A DNA stretch of 14,346 bases from a virus. The notes below the pieces were generated by a model, which saw only the letters and a list, made by a program, of their open reading frames with translations, was not told the origin of the DNA and made no database searches. Positions 1-5,632 of the stretch are shown here, in pieces (within the stretch, counting starts at the first letter, position 1; each line of letters starts with the position of its first letter). The position numbers and the translations under genes were made by a program. The DNA is taken from positions 1 through 14,346 of IMG/VR virus record IMGVR_UViG_3300029496_000031, one strand, 5' to 3'.

Positions 1-702
1 GTGATAGAAAACTCCTCATCTGCATGGCTCACCTTTGATGACCTGAACAACACAGAGACTTTTGATATAAAGGACTTCAGCGGCTGCTTTGGCGTAGGCG
101 GCGCCGACCTCTCTATCACAACAGACCTCACGTGCGCCACCATCCTCACCATGGACCGGAATAAGAAGCGGTATGTTTCACAGATGTACTGGCTCCCTGA
201 GGCGAATTTTGATAAGCGAGTCCATGAGGAAAAAATCCCCTATGACAAATGGCTGCAGATGGGACTCCTGAGACTCTGCAGCGGCAGCTCCATCAACTAC
301 CATGATGTCACACTGTGGTTTTTAGAGATGGTGCAGAAGGGAATCACACCGGCCTATATTTACTATGACTCCTACAGCGCCAAGTACTGGGTTGAAGAAA
401 TGCAGAATAATGGGTTTAATATGGTGAGATGTATCCAGGGCGCCAAGACGCTGAGTCTCCCCATGCAAGCCCTGGGCGTGGACCTGAAGGATAAGAAAGT
501 AAACTATAACAACTCGCCAATCCTGAAATGGTGCCTTTCCAATACCGGCATACTGACAGACCGGAACGGAAACATTGTGCCTATCAAGAACCAGAGCGCA
601 AAGTACAGGATTGATGGGACAGCCTCGCTGCTGGACGCCTATGTGGGCCTTACCGACCACTATGAGGAACTCTGCAATACCCTTCCCTATCAGAAAATTT
701 GA
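1..702 (+). CDS. terL: Terminase large subunit, C-terminal RNaseH-like nuclease part. It continues from 13300..14247 across the circular junction. Stop TGA at 700-702.
   Basis: Same frame as the 3' end of the window (positions 14248-14346 = 1-99). Acidic nuclease-type motifs (DLSITTDLTCATILTMDRN..., ...IDGTASLLDA) are typical of the terminase nuclease domain. Confidence 0.85.
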   Translation: MIENSSSAWLTFDDLNNTETFDIKDFSGCFGVGGADLSITTDLTCATILTMDRNKKRYVSQMYWLPEANFDKRVHEEKIPYDKWLQMGLLRLCSGSSINYHDVTLWFLEMVQKGITPAYIYYDSYSAKYWVEEMQNNGFNMVRCIQGAKTLSLPMQALGVDLKDKKVNYNNSPILKWCLSNTGILTDRNGNIVPIKNQSAKYRIDGTASLLDAYVGLTDHYEELCNTLPYQKI

Positions 703-716
703 AAGGAGAAACAGCC

Positions 717-1043
717 ATGAAACACCTGATTAAAGACAAGAAAATAGACCTCTATTACATGGAAAAGACACCGGACGGCCAAGGCGGATACAGGGCCGGA
801 TGGACACTGAAGGCACAGGGGCTATGGTGCTACACCAAGCAGCTCTCTGAAGAGCTCATTGCCAGATTTGCGACACTCAACCGCCAGGAGACCAGGCAAT
901 TTGTTATCAACCATCGTGAGATAGGAAACCCCAGCACAGTAAGAATCAAATACCGGGGGAACATGTACGCCATCACCAGAGTGGACACCAAGGACGACTA
1001 CAACGGCGATATTTTCCTATACGGCGATGTACTCAAGAAATAG
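717..1043 (+). CDS. Head closure / head-tail adaptor protein (SPP1 gp16 / HK97 head-closure family-like), 108 aa. ATG at 717 is preferred over the in-frame TTG at 699.
   Basis: RBS AAGGAG (703-708) 8 nt before ATG 717. Size and C-terminal pattern ...VRIKYRG..Y.I..VD....N.D..L.. resemble head-closure proteins. It is the last gene of the head module and is followed by a strong terminator. Confidence 0.5.
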   Translation: MKHLIKDKKIDLYYMEKTPDGQGGYRAGWTLKAQGLWCYTKQLSEELIARFATLNRQETRQFVINHREIGNPSTVRIKYRGNMYAITRVDTKDDYNGDIFLYGDVLKK

Positions 1044-1052
1044 AAGGAACAG

Positions 1053-1092
1053 GAAGAACGGATAGTATAAAAATATCCGTTCTTTTCTTTTG
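1053..1092 (+). terminator. Rho-independent terminator after the head module
   Basis: Perfect 11-bp stem AAGAACGGATA (1054-1064) / TATCCGTTCTT (1074-1084) with a 9-nt loop, followed by TTTTCTTTT. Confidence 0.75.
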
Positions 1093-1107
1093 CTTACTTT
1101 AGTAAAC
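1092..1107. promoter_or_regulatory. Palindromic site GCTTACT-TT-AGTAAAC upstream of parA (motif family C; second copy at 8217-8234). Candidate operator or parS-like centromere.
   Basis: Inverted repeat read directly. The right arm AGTAAACC is identical to the right arm of the 8217-8234 palindrome. Type Ib par loci usually place centromere/operator repeats upstream of parA. Confidence 0.35.
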
Positions 1108-1119
1108 CTAAAGAACATA

Positions 1120-1180
1120 GTGATATCTGAGTATAGAAAAAATTTATAATATTCAACCGTAGGGAAAAAGCATATAATAA
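1120..1180 (+). promoter_or_regulatory. AT-rich region with candidate sigma-A -10 hexamers (TATAAT at 1145-1150 and 1173-1178) for the parA operon
   Basis: Two TATAAT hexamers 60-90 bp upstream of the parA ATG. The -35 elements are weak, so the exact promoter is uncertain. Confidence 0.3.
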
Positions 1181-1235
1181 GACATGAAAAACCACAATGA
1201 TATATTGTAAACCATTTTTGAAAGGAAGGGAAGGT

Positions 1236-1979
1236 ATGAAGGTTATAAGCATTATGAACCAGAAAGGCGGCACAGGTAAAACCACAGTGACACTGAACCT
1301 GGCAGCCGCCTATGCGCTGGATGGAAGCCGTGTGCTCATGATGGACCTTGACAGCCAGGGCAGCCTCACAGCGGCCACCTGTGCCTTCAGTGAGCAGGAG
1401 CCATCTACCTATGAAGTCATTGCCGGAGATGTGAAATTGACAGACGCCATAAAAACGCTTAAAACAGGGCTTTCCATCGTTCCAACAGACAACAGGCTAT
1501 TACTTCTCAAGGAGACGGGAGAAGCACGCCAGAGGGGCCGAATCAAGCGAATTTTGAAGGGTATAGAGACAGATTATGATTATGTTTTCATTGACTGCCC
1601 CCCTCATCTTGCTATAGACACCATCATGGCCCTGTCTGCCTCAGACTATGCCATCATACCGGTGCAGACCAATTATCTATCAATGGCCGGGCTGGCCCAG
1701 ATGATGGATAGCATAAAATACCTTCAGGACAAAAACAAAGCGCTCCAAGTCGGAGCCATCGTGCCCACATTCGTGAGAAAGACCAACCTTGACCGCTATG
1801 TATTGTCATGTATCCGAGAGGTGTATCCTGATTTATTAACAGAATCGCATATCTCGCAATCCGTGCTTTTGGCAGAGGCACCGCTTTTCCAGAAAGATAT
1901 ATTTAGCTACAAGCCCCATAGCAAAGGCGCAAAGGAATTTACAGCGCTGCACAATGAACTGGTGCATAGGGGCATTTAA
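1236..1979 (+). CDS. parA: ParA/Soj-family partition ATPase (type Ib, no N-terminal HTH), 247 aa. Start at ATG 1236, not the upstream ATG 1197.
   Basis: Deviant Walker A NQKGGTGKTT. RBS GGAAGGGAAGG sits just upstream of ATG 1236. Length and motifs are typical of small plasmid ParA. Confidence 0.9.
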   Translation: MKVISIMNQKGGTGKTTVTLNLAAAYALDGSRVLMMDLDSQGSLTAATCAFSEQEPSTYEVIAGDVKLTDAIKTLKTGLSIVPTDNRLLLLKETGEARQRGRIKRILKGIETDYDYVFIDCPPHLAIDTIMALSASDYAIIPVQTNYLSMAGLAQMMDSIKYLQDKNKALQVGAIVPTFVRKTNLDRYVLSCIREVYPDLLTESHISQSVLLAEAPLFQKDIFSYKPHSKGAKEFTALHNELVHRGI

Positions 1980-1998
1980 TAGAAAAGGAGAGATAACC

Positions 1999-2232
1999 AT
2001 GAGAGACATTGTAAAGACTATTGAGAAACATGATTTTGAAATCCCAGACAAGTATGACCTGACCATGGAAGAGGTACAGGCCATCATAGAGCACTCCCAG
2101 GGAAAGAGCGATCTGGGCACCCAGCTCAATATGATTTATGCCGCCTTCGCTGCAGGATTTATCCTGGGAAGCAAGGCAACGGAAAAGGGAAATTTCAAAG
2201 CACCTAAGATGGAAAAAGCAGAAGGGAGATAA
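1999..2232 (+). CDS. Small hypothetical protein (77 aa), paralogue of the next gene. Possible ParA partner or centromere-binding protein by position.
   Basis: RBS AAAAGGAGAG before ATG 1999. Shares the motif AAF..G[FY][IV][LM]G.[KR]ATEKG.[FY] with the 2238-2459 product. Confidence 0.55.
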   Translation: MRDIVKTIEKHDFEIPDKYDLTMEEVQAIIEHSQGKSDLGTQLNMIYAAFAAGFILGSKATEKGNFKAPKMEKAEGR

Positions 2233-2237
2233 TTGTC

Positions 2238-2459
2238 ATGGCTAGAAATCTTGAAAAAACAGTATCACTTGTAAGAAATGGCAGAGCGTGCTCAGTTGTT
2301 CCGGAATACGACATCCCCGGCAGCGACATCATGAAGCTGATGAAAAAGGCACAGTCAGGGGAAGCCTATGACGCAATCATGGCAGCCTTCAATTATGGCT
2401 ATGTAATGGGCCACCGGGCCACCGAGAAGGGCAAGTATACCGAACTGAAAGACGCTTGA
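2238..2459 (+). CDS. Small hypothetical protein (73 aa), tandem paralogue of 1999-2232
   Basis: RBS AAGGGAG 9 nt before ATG 2238. C-terminal AAFNYGYVMGHRATEKGKY aligns with AAFAAGFILGSKATEKGNF of the upstream gene. Confidence 0.55.
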   Translation: MARNLEKTVSLVRNGRACSVVPEYDIPGSDIMKLMKKAQSGEAYDAIMAAFNYGYVMGHRATEKGKYTELKDA

Positions 2460-2463
2460 AAAT

Positions 2464-2529
2464 GTTTCATAAATATTTCTTCTCCGTGCCTTTTGTGCTA
2501 TAATAAGGGTATAGAAACATTTATGAAAC
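2464..2529 (+). promoter_or_regulatory. Extended -10 promoter (TGcTATAAT, 2496-2504) flanked by inverted copies of a 16-bp motif GAAAC-ATTTAT-GAAAC (2464-2479 on the minus strand, 2514-2529 on the plus strand; motif family A). Putative operator/promoter of gene 2548.
   Basis: Read directly. One motif overlaps the -35 position and the other lies just downstream of the predicted TSS. The same motif recurs upstream of terS (12806-12837, 12947-12962). Confidence 0.5.
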
Positions 2530-2547
2530 ATGGAAGGAGCGGACATC

Positions 2548-3009
2548 ATGAAGAATTTAACCAAAGGAACCTCAATGACAGACTGGACGGACAAGGAGAT
2601 AGACTCCATCATGTGCGGATCCCCGGCAGAAGCCCTGAGCTACAAGGGGCCAGTGGAAGCCCTGGACAAAGAGAGGGAAAGAGTAACTGCCCTCATTGAG
2701 CAGCTCATGGGCTCAAAGGCTAAGGGAGTAAGCAAGGCAATCGACTTCCTGGAAACCTACCGGAGAATCCTATTTCTGAGAAGCCTCAGACTCAGGGAAG
2801 GCACAGAAGCTGCCCCCCGGAAGATCTACACAGTGAGGGACCTCTCAAACCGGTACGTTGTCAGCCTTCAGGCCATGACCGGCTGGCTCCGGCGCTATGA
2901 GAAGAGAATCAACGCCACCCGGCCGGAAAAGCCTCTCCTCTACAAAGAAGGCCGGGCCTGGGTAGTGACTGAGGAAGCGCTGCCCATCATTGACCATCTC
3001 CACAAATGA
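2548..3009 (+). CDS. Putative DNA-binding regulator with C-terminal HTH_17/excisionase-like helix-turn-helix, 153 aa
   Basis: RBS GGAAGGAG 8 nt before ATG 2548. The C-terminal segment IYTVRDLSNRYVVSLQAMTGWLRR...EGRAWVVTEEAL fits the HTH_17 (MerR/Xis-like) pattern. The operator-flanked promoter lies immediately upstream. Confidence 0.4.
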   Translation: MKNLTKGTSMTDWTDKEIDSIMCGSPAEALSYKGPVEALDKERERVTALIEQLMGSKAKGVSKAIDFLETYRRILFLRSLRLREGTEAAPRKIYTVRDLSNRYVVSLQAMTGWLRRYEKRINATRPEKPLLYKEGRAWVVTEEALPIIDHLHK

Positions 3010-3022
3010 AAGGATGAACAAC

Positions 3023-3319
3023 ATGGATTTAAAGAAAATCGAGAAAGAGAAGAACAACATACTGAAGAAAGAGGCGCCAAAAAATGCGCCAGAAGCCGCC
3101 TCTAAGCCTTCCCGTGAAGAAGGGTATAGAAGAGCTACCTTCATTGTGCAGGAAAGGCTCCTAGACCTCTTCAACCTCTGGTGTGAATCGAATGGCTATT
3201 CAAAGAAATTTGCAATCAATAAACTTCTCTATGACGCCCTGTCTGGTAAGACAAAGGAAGTTGACCAGATGAGGGCCCAGAAGAAGGAAAATGAAAAAAT
3301 TTCTAATTTTGACTTTTGA
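3023..3319 (+). CDS. Small protein with a putative ribbon-helix-helix fold after a lysine-rich N-terminal tail (ParG/CopG/Arc-like), 98 aa
   Basis: RBS AAAGGA 8 nt before ATG 3023. The segment RRATFIVQERLLDLFNLWCESNGYSKKFAINKLLYDAL has the beta-strand plus two-helix layout of RHH proteins. Function (partition CBP or repressor) is inferred. Confidence 0.35.
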   Translation: MDLKKIEKEKNNILKKEAPKNAPEAASKPSREEGYRRATFIVQERLLDLFNLWCESNGYSKKFAINKLLYDALSGKTKEVDQMRAQKKENEKISNFDF

Positions 3320-3329
3320 GGACCTGAAC

Positions 3330-3539
3330 ATGTTTGAATACGACGGAAAGAAATACTATACCTCAGATGAAGCGGCAGAGAGGCTGCACCGCAATCCTGT
3401 TACCATCCGCCGCCTCTGCAAAAGGGGCACCATTGAGGCGTTCAAATACGGCACCCACTGGCTGATGACCAAAGAGGCCATGGACAAATTTTTTTATGAG
3501 CATTGCTTGAAGATGAAGGAGGGCGAGCATGATGGATGA
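3330..3539 (+). CDS. AlpA/Xis-like HTH_17 DNA-binding protein, 69 aa. Start at ATG 3330, not the upstream in-frame ATG 3291.
   Basis: RBS GAGGA 7 nt before ATG 3330. The segment YYTSDEAAERLHRNPVTIRRLCKRGTIEAFKYGTHWLMTKEAMDKF matches the HTH_17 consensus. AlpA-like genes precede pri/rep genes in PICIs. Confidence 0.55.
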   Translation: MFEYDGKKYYTSDEAAERLHRNPVTIRRLCKRGTIEAFKYGTHWLMTKEAMDKFFYEHCLKMKEGEHDG

Positions 3540-5307
3540 AGCGTTAATGAAATACCTCAAACCCTCAGATGAAGCGGCGTATAAGAAGGAAATGGAGAAG
3601 GCACAGGGGGATTATGCAGCCGCTGAAGCCGCTATAAAGGGGGCTCTGGAAAACAGCCAGAATTTAGAAACCATAACCAAGCTGTCTACAAAGCTGGCAA
3701 GCTCCTCTACAAGAGTACTGGAAGTAGAGAACAAATATAAGAAGCTCGCACAGGAACACCGGAAGGCTGATGAAGGCGCAAATAGGAAAAAGTTTCTCAA
3801 GGCCATGCTTAAAAAAATGCGTGCATTAATCCCAGAAGCGTATGAGACCGCCCGTATCATGAATGACCTTGCGGTAAAGGGCAAGGTACCTGTGCCCACG
3901 GGAAAGGGATTTGACTGGTTTAAATCCGAGCTTAAAGAATCCATTGAAGAAATGGAAGCAAAAACATCGGAAAAGCCGGATAATGAATTGCTAAAAGCTA
4001 TTCTCTATGACTTGCATGTTCAGTATGAAAATTATCATGCACCATCTGATTATGTGTTCAGTCATTACCGACTTTATGCAGAATTTATTTACTCAGTATT
4101 CCCTGAGTATAATGAGCAAATTTTTTCAATACTTGAGGACATAGAGAAGAACTTCCCTGACGAATACCGAAAATTTGAAAGCGATCTCCTCGCCCTTCTG
4201 AATGAAAAAAATAAAATTGTAGAAGAATACCAGAGAAAGAAGAATCTGGAAAAAGTCAGAGATAATCTTCCCCGTGCGGGAGCAGTAATGCCGAATATTA
4301 TCGCCGTCGGGATAGACCATTTGCATAACAAAGTCTATAAAGAAGAAAGGATACCTTTCCTGACCGACAACAGGCCCACTCAAATTGAATGTACCGTAAA
4401 TAATCGCACCCAAAAAAAGATAATGTTTATGATAACAAGGAACCCGCACGATTATATGACCGATGAAGATAAGGAAGTCTTTACAAGGGCCGATATTGAG
4501 ATGTTTGATGACATCATCTCAAGTATTCCACAATCCTACAAAAGTAAAACATGCCTACATATCCCCATTAGCATAATAGCAAGAAATGCCTATCCACTCA
4601 GGGGGAACCAAAAGCGAAACGTAGGTAAAAAGTATCTGGACGAAACAGAAAAAAGAGTGCAGCTGCTACTTGATACAGAAATTGAAATAAAGGGCCTGGA
4701 AGCGTATCTGAACGCAAATACACTTGCAAATAATGAAGATATCCTCATGTTCATGAAAAACAAAGGCCGCTCCCGTCTCCTGGGCGGCTCCATTGACGAC
4801 GTTGTTATCAATGGCCAACTATCCAGAGTCCTTACACTGGATATGACACCCATTGTATGGGTAATAGCACGGGAAAAAGGCTATTACATCCCCCTAGCTA
4901 GAGATTTGAGAATACTCCCCCTGAAATGCCCGCTCTTTGTAAATAACCTCAGTAGGCGGCTTACGGTCCACCTTCTGGAAATGGTACGAAAAGGATTTAC
5001 ATACTGCCAGGTAAATATGGATAAGGTTTATGAATGGGCGGGAAAAACAGAAGCCATACAGAAGGCTAAGCAGCCCAGAAACATGAAAGCCAAATGCAGA
5101 AACTGGCTCTTCAAGCTGCTGGACTACTATATCAAGCTATGGAAAGAAGCAGATGAAGATAAGAGAAAAATTTTACTGCCGATCAAGGAATATGAACCCG
5201 TCAAAGGTGACAACCAAGAATTCACAGCGGTTAGAATAGAATTTTATCCCCATAGCTACCTCGAGAAAAAGAGCCCCAAAAGTATAGAACAAAAATTCGA
5301 CGACTAA
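3529..5307 (+). CDS. Large hypothetical protein (592 aa). The N-terminal ~130 aa is charged coiled-coil-like. The C-terminal region may be a winged-helix-like DNA-binding domain. Candidate iteron-binding replication initiator, by context only.
   Basis: Long ORF with RBS GAAGGAGGG. Its start overlaps the stop of the upstream gene (ATGATGGATGA). It is immediately followed by 22-bp iterons. No recognised catalytic motifs, and no tyrosine or serine recombinase signatures. Confidence 0.3.
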   Translation: MMDEALMKYLKPSDEAAYKKEMEKAQGDYAAAEAAIKGALENSQNLETITKLSTKLASSSTRVLEVENKYKKLAQEHRKADEGANRKKFLKAMLKKMRALIPEAYETARIMNDLAVKGKVPVPTGKGFDWFKSELKESIEEMEAKTSEKPDNELLKAILYDLHVQYENYHAPSDYVFSHYRLYAEFIYSVFPEYNEQIFSILEDIEKNFPDEYRKFESDLLALLNEKNKIVEEYQRKKNLEKVRDNLPRAGAVMPNIIAVGIDHLHNKVYKEERIPFLTDNRPTQIECTVNNRTQKKIMFMITRNPHDYMTDEDKEVFTRADIEMFDDIISSIPQSYKSKTCLHIPISIIARNAYPLRGNQKRNVGKKYLDETEKRVQLLLDTEIEIKGLEAYLNANTLANNEDILMFMKNKGRSRLLGGSIDDVVINGQLSRVLTLDMTPIVWVIAREKGYYIPLARDLRILPLKCPLFVNNLSRRLTVHLLEMVRKGFTYCQVNMDKVYEWAGKTEAIQKAKQPRNMKAKCRNWLFKLLDYYIKLWKEADEDKRKILLPIKEYEPVKGDNQEFTAVRIEFYPHSYLEKKSPKSIEQKFDD

Positions 5308-5383
5308 CAACAAACGAACACGGGACTAACAACAACCATACACGGGACTAACAACAACCCTACACGGGACTAACAACAACCAT
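5296..5383. repeat. Iteron array of three complete and one partial 22-bp direct repeats. Units ACACGGGACTAACAACAACC at 5318-5337, 5340-5359 and 5362-5381, with a partial unit at ~5296-5317 overlapping the 3' end of the upstream gene. Putative replication origin.
   Basis: Read directly. The period is exactly 22 bp, about two helical turns. The array sits at the 3' end of, and just downstream of, the 592-aa gene and upstream of the primase-helicase gene. Confidence 0.7.
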
Positions 5384-5453
5384 ACACACCCTCGAATCTC
5401 GAAAGCACGGTGAATACTGGCAGAAATGGCATTTTTCAGGGGCCCACTATTAT

Positions 5454-5527
5454 ATGTATACTCTGTATACATTGTATCCGGCCCTTGCCCGCAAGGCTGG
5501 CGCCCTTGCGGGCTGGCGGGCCGCCGC
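5454..5527. repeat. Ori-associated structures. An AT palindrome ATGTATAC-TCT-GTATACAT (5454-5472; motif family B) is followed by a GC-rich island. The island holds a 10-bp stem hairpin GCCCGCAAGG (5487-5496) / CCTTGCGGGC (5504-5513) and an imperfect 21-bp direct repeat (5482-5502 / 5503-5523).
   Basis: Read directly. The local GC content is far above the element average. Both ORFs called here (5410-5604 plus strand, 5326-5529 minus strand) are low-complexity and implausible. Confidence 0.5.
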
Positions 5528-5632
5528 ATAAACTAGATTTAGTGAAAAGAGCTCATCATCATCCCCGTGCTTTTTCTATCCGGAAAGAAGAAGCGCTCCA
5601 ATGAACCTGTTTTTTACCATAGGGAGTTTAAC

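Noticed and set aside
1-99. Exact 99-bp direct repeat between the window start (1-99) and end (14248-14346). It could be att sites, direct terminal repeats or an LTR.
   Set aside because: The length equals a common assembler k-mer (99), and the repeat lies inside the TerL coding frame, which continues seamlessly across it. This is the signature of a circularised contig, not a biological repeat.
699-716. Upstream TTG start (699) for the head-closure gene
   Set aside because: The TTG lies upstream of the Shine-Dalgarno AAGGAG (703-708), so the SD cannot serve it, and the TTG overlaps the terL stop (700-702). ATG 717 has correct 8-nt spacing from the SD.
1094-1285. 63-aa minus-strand ORF across the parA promoter and 5' end
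   Set aside because: It overlaps the parA start and promoter on the opposite strand, and its hydrophobic low-complexity product is not plausible.
2493-2699. 68-aa ORF starting MCYNKGIETFMK...
   Set aside because: It starts inside the extended -10 promoter and operator region. Its ETFMK segment merely translates the GAAACATTTATGAAA DNA motif, and the downstream part is out of frame with the well-supported gene at 2548.
3612-4853. Several 80-110-aa minus-strand ORFs inside the 592-aa gene, and the 6012-6230 plus-strand and 6479-6844 minus-strand ORFs inside the primase gene
   Set aside because: They are nested in long, well-supported plus-strand ORFs, and the whole element is transcribed from one strand. 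No independent signals support them.
5318-5381. Tandem repeats considered as a possible CRISPR array
   Set aside because: There are only three 20-bp units with 2-bp spacers at a 22-bp period, and no unique spacers or cas genes. This is the iteron pattern.
5326-5604. ORFs 5410-5604 (plus strand) and 5326-5529 (minus strand) in the ori region
   Set aside because: They are translations of iterons and GC-rich repeats (Pro/Ala/Gly/Arg-rich), with no RBS. The region is better explained as origin structure.
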